From: Macrostomum lignano
Taxonomy: Eukaryota
Reading direction: 5' to 3'
DNA length: 64,000 nucleotides
NCBI GenBank assembly: GCA_002269645.1
Contig: NIVC01003952.1
Span: forward strand, 3,907-67,906
Below, piece after piece: positions 13,599 to 49,399 of the stretch (the first letter of the stretch is position 1; every line of letters starts with the position of its first letter). The position numbers and the translations under genes are program-made. The notes under the pieces were generated by a model. It was given only the letters and a program-made list of their open reading frames with translations, was not told where the DNA came from and searched no databases.

Positions 13599-13987
13599 GT
13601 CGATATGAAAGCATTTGTAAAAACCAGCTGTTCTAAAAGAACTTGTCTAACAAGAAAAAAGAAACCAATTACGCATTCAACTTTGAATTGGCGCCATTAG
13701 TTTTCATGGCAACGAGGGTAGGGAGAGCCTTGAAGTGGGGCTTGAGGCAGAGGCAGCAGTGGCCAAGCAGCATTGTTCTATTTTAGCTGGCAGCAAAATA
13801 AAGCTTCGATTTTCTATTTTCAAGAGCTTGGAAGACTGGCAGATGTGAGATGCTGCAATGAAAACAGTGCACTGAGCAGAACTGAGAACTTCTAGCAGCA
13901 ATGCAGCTGAAAAAGCCCCGCTAATGCTTTATTCATCGTGAAATACTATATAGAAGTATACATGGAGTAGAAGATGGTTTCCCCAAG

Positions 13988-14365
13988 CCAGATTCTATGT
14001 CTAGAACTCCATAGACTAAATTAAGCATTGACAGTTTCCCCAGCCAGATTTTATGCCTAGAACTCCATAGTTTAGGCTTGAGCACTAACAGCTCCGTCAA
14101 CCAGATTTTATGCCTAGAACTCCATAGTTTAGGCTTGAGCACTAACAGCTCCCTCAACCAGATTCTATGTCTAGAACTCCATGGTTTAGGCTTGAGCACA
14201 ACAGCTCCCTCAACCAGATTCTATGTCTAGAACTCCATGGTTTAGGCTTGAGCACTAACAGCTCCCTCAACCAGATTCTATGTCTAGAACTCCATGGTTT
14301 AGGCTTGAGCACTAACAGCTCCCTCAACCAGATTCTATGTCTAGAACTCCATGGTTTAGGCTTGA
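13988..14365. repeat. 57-bp tandem repeat (~6-7 copies)
   Basis: CAGATTCTATGTCTAGAACTCCATGGTTTAGGCTTGAGCACTAACAGCTCCCTCAAC. Confidence 0.93.
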
Positions 14366-14750
14366 TTCTGTCAAGAAATTCACGGTAAAGCATTCTAAGT
14401 TTTTCTCTTGCTTTTTTCTGAGGTTGAAGCCGGTGCAGGAGGCAGAGAGGTAAAAAGAAAAAAGACAATAGACTCAATTTTCAGGCAAGAGAGGATTTCT
14501 GTCGCGTGCCTTTGCTTGGGGATTCTGGAGCTTAATTGGTGCCTCATTTGCTATTCCGAAGACGCGCGGGCCCAGTTTCTCAATCCCAATCTAATTATAA
14601 AAAGTTGGCGCGCTGTTTTCTCTGCAGTTAATGGAAAAGTGCAAACGCAAGGGACAAAGGAAGGGGACAAGGGAGATTGGGAGAGGGAGAAGTAGACAGC
14701 TGAATTCCAACGGATGGCGTGCGCTGCTCCTCCATGGCAAAGACTGCAAA

Positions 14751-14807
14751 TGAACAATGTAGGTAAGGGAAGTCGGCAAAATGGATCCGTAACTTCGGGA
14801 AAAGGAT
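14751..14807 (+). rRNA. 57-nt fragment of 28S (LSU) rRNA outside an rDNA unit
   Basis: TGAACAATGTAGGTAAGGGAAGTCGGCAAAATGGATCCGTAACTTCGGGAAAAGGAT matches a highly conserved eukaryotic LSU segment (recalled); flanks are not rRNA. Confidence 0.85.
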
Positions 14808-15039
14808 ACTTAAAGAGAAGTCAAGAAAATGCAGTTGTAATATGCTCAACAATTGATTAGTTTTATTTACTCAAACGGCGGACCCGACGGTCGTGCCCTG
14901 CGTTTAGATGCTCGCTTGGGTGATTGCAAGGGATTTTATCAACTGGGGGGGGGAGGAGGCTGAAGCTGTAAAATATGCCGCTTGGATTGCATCGCGCTGC
15001 TGCGGAGGTTGAAGTAAAAAATATAGATGGTAAACGCCA

Positions 15040-15275
15040 GTCTGTCCACCTGTCTGTCTACCTGTCTGTCTACCTGTCTGTCTACCTATCCGTATACCTG
15101 TCCGTCTACCTGTCCGTCTAACCGTCCGTCTACCTGTCCGTCTACCTGTCCGTCTACCTGTCTGTCTACCTGTCCGTCTACCTGTCTGTCTACCTGTCCG
15201 TCTACCTGTCTGTCTACCTGTCCGTCTACCTGTCTGTCTACCTGTCCGTCTACCTGTCTGTCTACCTGTCCGTCT
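15040..15275. repeat. 12-bp repeat TCTACCTGTC(C/T)G
   Basis: Direct reading. Confidence 0.93.
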
Positions 15276-15378
15276 AGCTATTTATAGTCAAGGGGCAGAG
15301 TTTCAGTAAAGCGCGATCAATGTGTTCCGTCAGTTATTAATGTTTGTCCGCCAGAGCATCGGTAATTTCTACTGTTTC

Positions 15379-15755
15379 TCAATTGCTGGCCTTCTTCTTC
15401 TTTTTCTTGTCTTCGTCCTTGCCGTGACTGTCTTCGTCGTGATGGCGGCCGTGATGCTTCGCCGACTTCTTGCCTCGGGCGGCCCGGCGATAGTAGCGGC
15501 TGTAGTAGTCGCCAAGCAGGTCGTCAATGCCCTGATAGTTGCAGTCGGAGTCGCAGGAGGCTACAAGGCTGCCTCGGAATCCAACTGGACGGCGGTTGCA
15601 GCACTGGCCGGCCGGACAGTCCGAGTCCTGGGTGCAGCTGCGGGACAGGAAGCTGGGCTGGGCCGGCAGCTCGTAGCTCGAACTGGATGACGAGGCGGCG
15701 GAGACGGGCGGCGACGAATCGCCGTGACCGCGTCGGCGACAGAAGCCGCCCATGC
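15379..15755 (-). CDS. Last exon of an uncharacterised Cys-rich protein (last Cys of the knottin-like domain, RRR site, second six-Cys domain, His/Lys/Asp-rich tail)
   Basis: catcag| acceptor, phase 1; GC-rich ORF GMGGFCRRRG...CTQDSDCPAGQCCNRRPVGFRGSLVASCDSDC...KKKKKKASN*. Confidence 0.75.
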
Positions 15756-15777
15756 CTGATGCGCATGAAAAAGAGGT

Positions 15778-16790
15778 AGATGTGTGAATCGGGTTGGAGG
15801 TGTGTGAATCCGGTAGGATATGTGTGAATCGGGTAGGTGTGTGAATTGGGTAGGAGATGTTGTGAATTGGAAAGCTGTAGGAATCGGGAAGGTGTCTGTG
15901 TGTGTGTGTGTGTGTGTGAATCGGGTAGGAGATGTTGTGAATTTGGAAGGAGATGTGTGAGTCGGGAAGGAGATGTGAATCGGGAAGAAAAAGTGTGAAT
16001 CAGGAAGCAGATGTGTGAATCGGATAGGTGTGTGAATCGGGAAGGAGATGTGAATCGGGAAGGAAGATGTGAATCGTATAGTTGCGTGAATCAGGTAGGT
16101 GCGTGAATCGGGAAGGAGATGTTTGGATTTGGAAGATGTGAATCGGGAAGATGTGAATTGGGAAGGAGATGTGTGAATCGGGAAGGAGATGTGAATCGGG
16201 TAGGAGATGTGAATCGGGAAGGAGATGTGAATCGGGAAGGAGATGTGTGAATCGGGAATGAGATGTGTGAATCGGGAAGGAGATGTGTGAATTCAGTAAG
16301 TGTGTGAATTTGGTAGGTGTGTGAATCGGGAAGGAGATGTTTGAATTTGGAGGATGTGTGTTTCGGCTAGGTGTGTGAATTGGGTAATGTGTGAATCAGG
16401 ATGGAGATGTGAATCGGGAAGATGTGTGAATTGGGTGGGTGTGTGAATCGGGAAGGAGATGTGAATCGGGAAGGAGATGTGAATCGGGAAGGAGATGTGT
16501 GAGTCGGGAAGGAGATGTGAGTCGGGAAGGAGATGTGTGAGTCGGGAAGGAGATGTGTGAATTCAGTAAGTGTGTGAATTTGGTAGGTGTGTGAATCGGG
16601 AAGGAGATGTTTGAATTTGGAGGATGTGTGTTTCGGGTAGGTGTGTGAATCGGATATGTGTGTTTCGGCTAGGTGTGTGAATTGGGTAATGTGTGAATCA
16701 GGATGGAGATGTGAATCGGGAAGATGTGTGAATTGGGTGGGTGTGTGAATCGGGAAGGAGATGTGTGAGTCGGGAAGGAGATGTTTGAAT
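15778..16790. repeat. Degenerate 18-20-bp repeat GTGAATCGGGAAGGAGATGT, in the intron of the Cys-rich gene
   Basis: Direct reading; internal duplication with ~270-bp offset (16291/16561). Confidence 0.9.
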
Positions 16791-17379
16791 TTGCATGGGT
16801 ACGAGCTCGTAGGTGTATGAATCGATTAGATTCGATCAAGTTCGAAATGCACTGCTAGGCTGGCTGATCAGCAGTGATGGTTGAATTTGCTCATTTGCTC
16901 ATAGCTCAGACATTTAACTAGCAAATCCGACCCCAGCTAGAACTCGACAAGTTCCCCCGTCAATCAGAAGTCTGCGAACTGCGAAAAAATATATAGGAGA
17001 GGATGGAGAGGGTGCAGTGAGGGGAAGGGAAGGAGGAATCCCAATTGGGAATAGGCAATTGGGGAATATAACAGCACTCGCGGTGTCGTCTCTCTCCGTT
17101 CGCCAGAGTGGGTGGGGGCACCGCAGCGCCTGCGACCGAATTCAATTACCTCGAATTACCCGGAATGAGAGTCCGATGGCCAGAGTGGGAAGTGTCCCCT
17201 AGGGCGGGCTGCTTAAGCTGGGCTACTTGTTCTCGTGCGGTCAGCTGGCTCTGCACTATTTATGTATGCACGTATAGCCCCAGTATAAGAGTATAGAGCC
17301 GCTCCACCAGAGAGCAGAAACTCGAATTTCTGCAGCCAAGGGAGACTCAATTGGCGGGCGAATAAGTAGGGGTTGGAGG

Positions 17380-17938
17380 GTTGGGGTATTCCCTACTGAT
17401 GAGTGTTTGAAGGGCTGGGGTATTCCCTACTTAGAGTTTGGAGGGCTGGGGTATTCCCTAGTGAGTGCTCGGAGTGCTAGGGTATTCCCTACTGAGTGTA
17501 TGGAGGGCTGAGGTATTCCCTACTGAGTGTATGGAGGGCTGAGGTATTCCCTACTGAGTGTATGGAGGGCTGAGGTATTCCCTACTGAGTGTATGGAGGG
17601 CTGGGGTATTCCCTACTGAGTGTATGGAGGGCTGAGGTATTCCCTACTGAGTGTATGGAGGGCTGAGGTATTCCCTAATGAGTGTATGGAGGGCTGGGGT
17701 ATTCCTAGTGAGGGTGTTGGGAGGGCTGAGGTATTCCCTATTGAGTGTATGGAGGGCTGGGGTATTCCCTACTGAGTGTATGGAGGGCTGGGGTATTCCT
17801 AGTGAGGGTGCTTGGAGGGCTGGGGTATTCCTAGTGAGGGTGCTTGGAGGGCTGGGGTATTCCTAGTGAGGGTGCTTGGAGGGCTGGGGTATAATTATAT
17901 TCCTAGTGAGGGTGCTTGGAGGGCTGAGGTATTCCCTA
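17380..17938. repeat. 31-bp minisatellite GAGTGTATGGAGGGCTGAGGTATTCCCTACT
   Basis: Period 31; ends ~20 nt from the donor at 17960. Confidence 0.93.
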
Positions 17939-17960
17939 CGGATAGAATAATCGAACCGAC

Positions 17961-18045
17961 CTTGCAGGTTGCTGTTGCCAACGGCGCACTGCAGTCCCTC
18001 GCAGCAGCCGCTGTCGCTCACGCAGTACGAGCCCTCGGCTTCGCA
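17961..18045 (-). CDS. Internal exon of the same Cys-rich gene (CEAEGSYCVSDSGCCEGLQCAVGNSNLQ)
   Basis: Pyrimidine tract + ttgcag| acceptor; G|GTCGGT donor, phase 1, matches the exon at 15755. Confidence 0.7.
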
Positions 18046-18496
18046 CTGCAAGATTATAAAACGCAAATTTTTTGAGAAATCAGCCCCGTATTTACCAGAG
18101 TTCATGGTATGAAAACAGTCAAAATCTGTCATGAATAATGCAGGTTCACCTGGACGTAGAAGTCAGAGTTGCCATTGAGTCGAACGAAAGCTTGGGCAGA
18201 GCCAGCGACCAGCAGGACGATGGCCAGAACAGCCGACATAGCTAGCTAAACTTTTAGCTTGAGATTCTATGCGCGGGTTTGAGAGATTTGGCGAAGAAGC
18301 AGTCCCGGTTGCTGGGACAATTCCGTCTGTTTTGTAGCTACTCAAGCTCAAGACAGCCAATGGGGCCATTGAGGCGCGGATGAAGGTAGCTGGGGGAGGC
18401 CCTGTCATTGGACCAAGCAGGCGGACACGGATCCTCTTTTATCAAGGAGTACGGTATGGGAAGTCATTGCCTGTCTTTGAGTATCTCTTTAGTGTC

Positions 18497-18509
18497 TGGC
18501 TGTCTGTCC

Positions 18510-18557
<48 letters not shown>

Positions 18558-18599
18558 GCCTGTCTGTCTGTCTGCCTGTCTGTCTGTCTGTGTCTGTCC

Positions 18600-18673
<74 letters not shown>
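18497..18673. repeat. (TCTG)n microsatellite
   Basis: Direct reading. Confidence 0.97.
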
Positions 18674-18674
<1 letters not shown>

Positions 18675-18788
18675 GAAGTTTGTCTTAGTGTCTATCTGTT
18701 TACAATAAATCTGACTGCCTTATCTGTCTCAGATTATGTCTGCCTGTGTCTGTCCACTTCGCGATAGACAGGAAACCAAGCATTTCAC

Positions 18789-18839
18789 CCTAAGAGGAAG
18801 GCTATGCTGAGTGGCAGCAGTGGGGAGGCGGCGGCCCAG
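18789..18839 (-). CDS. Candidate upstream exon of the Cys-rich gene (LGRRLPTAATQHSLPLR)
   Basis: Long pyrimidine tract + ttgcag|, 51 nt, |GTGAAA donor; phase 0-0 fits the next exon; no homology support. Confidence 0.35.
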
Positions 18840-19904
18840 CTGCAAATCAAAGAGAAAGTGAAAATAAAAAGTCAATTAACAATCAATCAATCCTCTTATA
18901 GCTGATAGGCCAACAAGTCGAGCAAGACTCAGTGCCTGTTCGAGAGAATAAAAGCAATATTAATGTATTAGTGAAGCATAGCAACCAATATCATGATCTA
19001 ATAAAAAATTATCATTTATAAATATTACATCAATAAACATAACATAAGCAGAACGATTGCACGGGCACCAATAGAACAGATAAATTCACAATCAAATGGG
19101 CCACTATCTATCCGTTTACTGCATGCTTAAGGCGATTGACTAAAATGACACAATAAAACGCGTATTAAGCAAAGCATGCAATAAATAATTAATTAGATGT
19201 AAAATATTTGTCCCAGAATTGTAAAATAAGCAATTACAAAGCTTGCTACACAGAAGATAGAATTTTACAATGTACATGCAATTCATTGATAAAATTTGTT
19301 GCCCAAAGTACATTTAAAAATAAACTTTTTAAGCCGGACAGTAAAAGTAGTATATCAGTAGCATATATTCTACACAAGAAGATTATAATAGAAATAATTT
19401 AAGCATGCAATTCGAATACTGATCGAGCGACTTCAGCGAATGAAGCGCGGTGTTGTTTGTTTAAAAGCACGAATTGAAACAAAGTAAAAAATTCCGAAAT
19501 TTTGTTATAAACACGTAAGAGAAATAAAAAACCTGTACTGGGTAGTCTGTCGTTTGTTCTTTGTGTCAGCATCAACAATAGCATTCATCTCTACGCTAAA
19601 TAAAATACAATTAGAGAAAGCACAACGTCAAATCAAGGTTTCTTATTTATAATAATAACGAATGAATAAAATTGCCCACTGAAATAAAAATTTTACTACT
19701 TTTTCCAACACAATACTACTCGCCAGTGACGTCAAAAGTAGAATAAACGAATTTCTGCGTTACTTTTGATGAAGCGCAAATTAAATTAAACTTCTTAGTA
19801 AGTTAAATCAATATTTATACTACTCGCTAATAACGTCAGTAGTAGAATAAATAGACTAATTTGCTATTTCAATCGGATCGGAAAAATCGGAAAAATAATA
19901 AAAT

Positions 19905-43585
<23,681 letters not shown>

Positions 43586-45098
43586 GGTCTGATTTAAACA
43601 CTTTCCACTAGGTGTGTTGACGAAATCAGAAAATGAGATCTTTAGTACAGTGCCACCAACAGCACTAGTTAAAGCGAGTACTGCTTGTAACTCGAACTTC
43701 CGAGTATAGAACAGACAGTTTCCTGAACAGTCACTGAAGTTGATATTATTTAAAGCATTAAATCATTAAAAATATTTACAGGTCTCCAATTAGATAAAAT
43801 AAAGCAAATGCTGTAAAATTATTATTCATTAGTACATGTTTAAATTATATACTTACATATATTAGTGTAAGTTTTATCTGCTTAACTAAAAACAACAAAA
43901 ACTATATGTCATAAAACAATGATACTCATTGCAGATGAGTCCATAAACTATTGGGGATTCCTCTCAAATATGACCTCAAGTTTGGGACTTGGTCAAGCCT
44001 AGACTAAGCTAGATTCTTCTTTTTTCCACCTTGCCATCTTTTAGTTAATTGATAGATAAAATGACTTTTTAAAAAAAGTCAAAGAATTTATTAGGACGAT
44101 ATTAGATTTTGAATGCTACAGTAATAATTCATGGATTTTTTGCATTTGTTGTAAGTGTTATATGAGTTTTTAACTCTTGGGGTTAGCTATATACAAGCTA
44201 TCTCTAGTATAGTGCATAGGCATATAGTAGTAACCAAATAATTTTTAATGTTTTTTGCATTTATCTATGACTTATATCATCTTGCAAATTTTTAGTCATA
44301 GTTTCAATATTATTTATTAGAGATGGAACAAATATCAGATTTTACCAAATCTGAATACCAAATATTTATATATAAACTTTCTGAATAATGAATACCAAAT
44401 ACTGAATATCAAATACTGAAAACCAAATACCAAAGACTGAATATTTATAGGCATAAACTTCGAATGAATTGACATTTTTATCCCATTTAAAAAGCAAAAC
44501 AACTGTTGGATTTTTTCAACTTATGACGCAAGTTGCACCAAATTCAAATATTACAGTCAGCCTCTATACCAGTTTTTCCCACTATTTCTAGGACAACCCT
44601 TGTACTTTAAAATTGGACTGTATGTTAGACTGATAAACATAAAGAATATATTGCTTTTTAATGCTATGTCAATTTTTTATATCTATAGCCATTTTTTGTA
44701 TCTAACAATATATTTTCATACTTATGATAAGGCATCAAAAAATCTTTGCTGATCATAAATAGTAACTTTATTCAATGTGACTATATTGTATAGTACTTTC
44801 CCTGTTATAATAAATACCAATGCAAAGGTCATTATTATTATAGATTAAATATATTTATAATTCTAAAGAATAATGACACTTACTTAGTCTTGAATTTAAT
44901 TTCAATATGACTAAAAGCTATTAGTTTTACTAATACTATTACATTGCATTTGAAAATTTCTATTAATATTCTTAACTTGATAATATTATAGCTATAAATA
45001 GGCCTACCTATTGAATAGGCCTAATATCTATGTTTAATATGATGTTTTAGTTATTTAATTATATTTATAGATTATAAATTTATATATATATATATATA

Positions 45099-46950
45099 CA
45101 AAGGTTATCCAAAAGTTTCAACAATTGAATGGTTTTGTGCCATAGACAACTTCTGGGAGTATAGCACTTAGACCACAATAAAGATGAACATATTTTGGAA
45201 TTTGGATGTCTGAGTAAGTTTTTAGCATTCTAGTTGTCAAATGCTATTTTCTAAAGAACATTTTGTGAGATATTAAATCAAACATTGGCTAACAATGATT
45301 GATCAGAATTTCTGTTGAACTTGGAGCAGCACTCTTATAATAAAACAGAATGCCTTTGTGGTGTCCTTGCAGTTCAAGTTCATTATCAGTTGCTGCAAGC
45401 TCATGGGCCAAATGGGATAAGCCAGTAAGCTATATACAACTAGTACAATAAATTCAAGAATAGCTGCTTTGATGTCAAGGATGATCCACAATTTGGAAGG
45501 CCAAAGGAAACTTGCATAGATTTAAACATTTAATTTATCCAAAGGCTGCTAAACATTGATCACCATTGGAAATGCAAAGGAATAACAGAGCTATTCTATG
45601 GAATTCCCTTGTCGAGTGTGCATTAGATCCTTATCCAAGATCTTAGACTACAGAAGGTCATAGCCAGGTGGGTGTAGTGATGGATCGAAATTCAATTTCG
45701 ATTTCGATATTCCAAATTTCGAAACTAATTTTGCATTGAAATAATTTCGATTTTGATTTCGAATTTCGACACCATTCTTTGAAAATCATTTCGAAATTTT
45801 GGTTATATTTTAACAATTTAGACATTGATGATCATGCTACACAGGAAAGAAAATCTATAGGAAGTGAAAGGAAGTGCGGTTCAAAGACTCAGTGGGGAGG
45901 TGAGAATCGCCTTTTCTACAAGAAAGATTGTGCGGGCACACACTGTTCCAGGCCTTGTGCTGCACCCACCTCAACCTCCACAAGCCCACTGGCTGAACTC
46001 ATTGGTATGGATTTTAATTGGCTAAAGACTTAAAGCCTTAATGAAATGGATATAGGCTACTCGTATGTCGTATCTAGATCTTCAGCTTAAACAGCGGTGA
46101 AGTATAATACAATTTCTACTATATTCTTATGTACAAGTATATAATACATAATACACCAGCATTTTCTATTTCGTATTTTTAAAGTAAGTTAAATCTTAAA
46201 TATTCTGGTTTAAAAATATCAAAGATACTTTTTATAAAACATGTAAGCTCATACATGCAGAGGCAAGGTGTTAACCTTTTTGCATGATTAGCGAAAAAGT
46301 AAAAATTTGTTAAGCTCAAAAATTTCGATTTCGATTTTGATTTCAATTTTGATTCTAAGGAACTGAAAATTTCGATTTTGATTTTGATTTGAAAAATAAT
46401 TTTGATCCATCACTAGGTGGGTGCCATACTATCTCACAAATGACAACAAGGCACACCAGGTGACAATTGCTTAGTAGCTTCTACATTGGTTCAGGAAAGA
46501 GTTCAGCTTTCTTAGACCATGTTGACTTAGATCTGCTTGTATAAGCCCAACCTCAAGAGACAGAACTCTGAGTGGCAGTCAAAAAAGTTCTGCCTAGCCA
46601 TCAAGACCATCAGTTCTACGATGCACCAAGGGAACCAACAAGATAATGATCATTGCATGCTACTATAGTTTTGGTATTATTTTCATCCACTGCATTCCTG
46701 AGGGCCAAAACATCAACCAGCAATATTATTGGAGCTTTATAATTCATTATCTTTGGCCTGCCCTATGCAAAAAGTAGCCATAGACCCTGGAACTTGGTCT
46801 ACTCCTGCATAGCAATGCCAGTTTATATATAACCCACATTGTGTAGGACCTACTGCGGGACTACTAGTGGGATATGCTGCCTCATCCTCCTTACTCTTCA
46901 GACCTCAGTCTTTATGATTTTGACCTTTTCCAAAGCTTAAAAACTAGTTC
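45099..46950 (+). mobile_element. Old, heavily decayed mariner copy split by a hAT MITE
   Basis: TIR-like TA|CAAAGGTTATCCAAAAGTTTC; GRPKE...QDLRLQKVIARWV | PYYLT rejoins across the MITE; WDMLPHPPYSSDLSLYDFDLF; many stops; 3' end uncertain. Confidence 0.75.
45675..46415. mobile_element. Non-autonomous hAT-type element (741 bp)
   Basis: 8-bp target duplication GGTGGGTG (45667-74 / 46416-23); 18-bp TIR TAGTGATGGATC(G/A)AAATT; subterminal TTTCGAT repeats at both ends. Confidence 0.9.
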
Positions 46951-48119
46951 CAAGGTGTTGTTTCCATTGCCTAGATAGTTTCAACCTAGGCCTACTTTGG
47001 CAAAATAATTTATTTTAGGCTCCCCCTACATCTATTTTAAACTAAAAATTCACTTTCACCAAAGAATTCCTTCATTGAAATGGGCTGCACCCGCCTAGAT
47101 AACCTGTTTACTGTGTTTAGTGAGGTTAGCTGCATTGCAAAAGACCTAGGGCCTATATAAATCTGGCCCTGCTGACAGCATCCAGAAGTTGCCTAGCTGC
47201 TACCTAGGAGCACACAATTCAAACCAACAGAAGTTATTTTTAATATTTTGAAAGGTTTTTGAGCTGTAGACAACCTTGGCTACTAGCCTGCTACTAAGCC
47301 CTACACCATTATAACTAAAGGATCTAAACTAGGGTCTATGAAATTTTGCTAAAAATCCAAGCCAGGTTTCAACTTTTAGGTTTATGTAAATGTTAAAAAA
47401 TAGAATTCTAACAAAGAAACTATTACTCTTATTGCTCTATTTTTACTAAAGCATGTAGCATCTAGTGATCTAGGCATAGGCATAGCATAGATCTATACTG
47501 ATACTGATAGATCATAGACCTAGTATATGGTCCAGATTTTTATCTTTGACTAGGGGGGCCTATAGTAAAATTTAGACATAACTGATTGAGCCAAAAATAT
47601 TTTACAAAAAAACAAAACAAGTTAAAGATAAACAAACTATTTTTAAAACTGAATCTGGAGGCCTCAAGCCTGCTCTATAACCTCTGGCTCTATCTCTATT
47701 CTATGGTAAAAAACCATTGGCATTATCTACCTCAAATAGACTTGAAGAATTTATTTATTATATGCCACATCACTTTCTGTACTAACAAAAATATATCATA
47801 ATTGGTCCTGCTCTTTGAGAAACTTACTTACTTTTACTTTACATGTCGGTGTGGTTGCAGTGCATGAGTTAGCTAATATTGTAGTCTTTAAAGACGTACA
47901 CAATTGTCGTACAAGTTCTTGGAAATCGAGTTTTAAAATGACGTTTCAAATCGTTAACTTTTGCGTCTTTCATGCGTGAAGACTTTCTGCTTCCAATGAG
48001 TGAATTTCTTAGTAGTACAGGCGAAATGCAAGATACATTTCCAATTATACTGACTTTTTATGGTAAAATTATGTTTCGTAATTTAGAGCGCTCAAGGGAT
48101 GCCAATCTGACCAATATCT

Positions 48120-48512
48120 AGGGATGAAACCTGGATCCCATTTTTGACCCTGAAACAAGGGATGAGAGCCGTGTTTGGGCGAGAAGAGGACCCAATCTCC
48201 TGGTCAAGGCTCACCGCGACAAGCACTCCAAGAGATCATCATGACGATTTTCTTTGATCGCTCTGGCCCACTCACAATTGAGTTCTTGCAAGAAGGGCCG
48301 ACGACAAATGCTGACCGCTATTGCGCCACTGTACAGAAACTCAATTGCAAGTCGGACATCCAGAATAAGCGTCGGTCAGGTGAGAAGCCGTACCTTTTGC
48401 ACCACGACAACGCACGTCCCCACGCGGCCAAGACGACAGAGGAGACGATCGAGGCTCAGGCAAATTTTTGAGCTGCTCTCACCCAACCCTACTCTCCGGA
48501 TATCTCAGCAAT
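48120..48512 (+). mobile_element. Mariner transposase fragment (catalytic region)
   Basis: GDETWI, MTIFFDRSG, LLHHDNARPHAA, PYSPDIS across frameshifts; no clear TIRs. Confidence 0.8.
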
Positions 48513-49399
48513 CCCCCCAAGCCTTGACATCTCAAGACATAAACACTTTTAAATGACACTTCTAGTATGTTTGACTTGACGCTTCTTGCATTCTTGCGTA
48601 CTCCTGAAAGCTCCTGCAGAAACTTTTGTACTCCCTGCAGGAACCCAATTTTGCACTTTTCTATACATTTTAAACAATCTATACATACGAGCGTACGAGT
48701 ATCTTTCAGTGCACATTTGGCTTGGCACATTCATGCTAATGCTTCATGCTAAATACTTCTTGCGCCCAAACAATTGACCGTGAACTATTGGTCCTATTAT
48801 TCTATTTACTATAACAGAACTGCTAATTCTGCCTTATGCGAGGATATTGAAAGGTGCTAAATTTTTGTTGAAAAAATACACAAGCTCCAATCTACCGTAT
48901 ATACAGCTGGAAGAAGTTGCATTGGTGACAATGACGCAATCAATTTTGATGCATTTATAGTTAGCGAAGATCTGTTGTTGGTGCTATTGTTCCACACACC
49001 ACAGGCAAGACCGAGAATTCGCACCTCAGTGTGTTTATACGTTAAGGAACCGAGCATCGGGGCTATATAATGTTGCACAGGTATTCTATTCATAAGTTAC
49101 GCAAGCCTATGCAATATCATCATTAGAGTTTGCAGCAGATGTGCGATTTCAGTCTAAATAAAATAACTGTTTAAAACAGACGGTCAATTTTATATGGCTA
49201 CTAATACGAGCGTAGTAAATCAAATTTACCTTGAATTGTTTCAGTGTTTCTCCCGAGAGTTTGACGCCTGGCTATACCTTCATCACCCGAAACACCTCAT
49301 AATTGGGCTCTGAGCTGTGTATATTTCGAGGCATTTAGACTTTTAATATTTATTAAGGCACTGCACTGATCAAGTTTGTGAGACGCCAGTTTGAAGACC

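Noticed and set aside
14628-14852. ORF containing ILFPKLRIHFADFPYLHCS
   Set aside because: This is the antisense translation of the 28S fragment, a well-known source of spurious proteins.
18850-19900. Search for a signal-peptide exon of the Cys-rich gene
   Set aside because: The candidates (e.g. MLLLMLTQ at 19584; ALSLARLVGLSAI near 18935) lack a compatible donor or frame, so none is reported.
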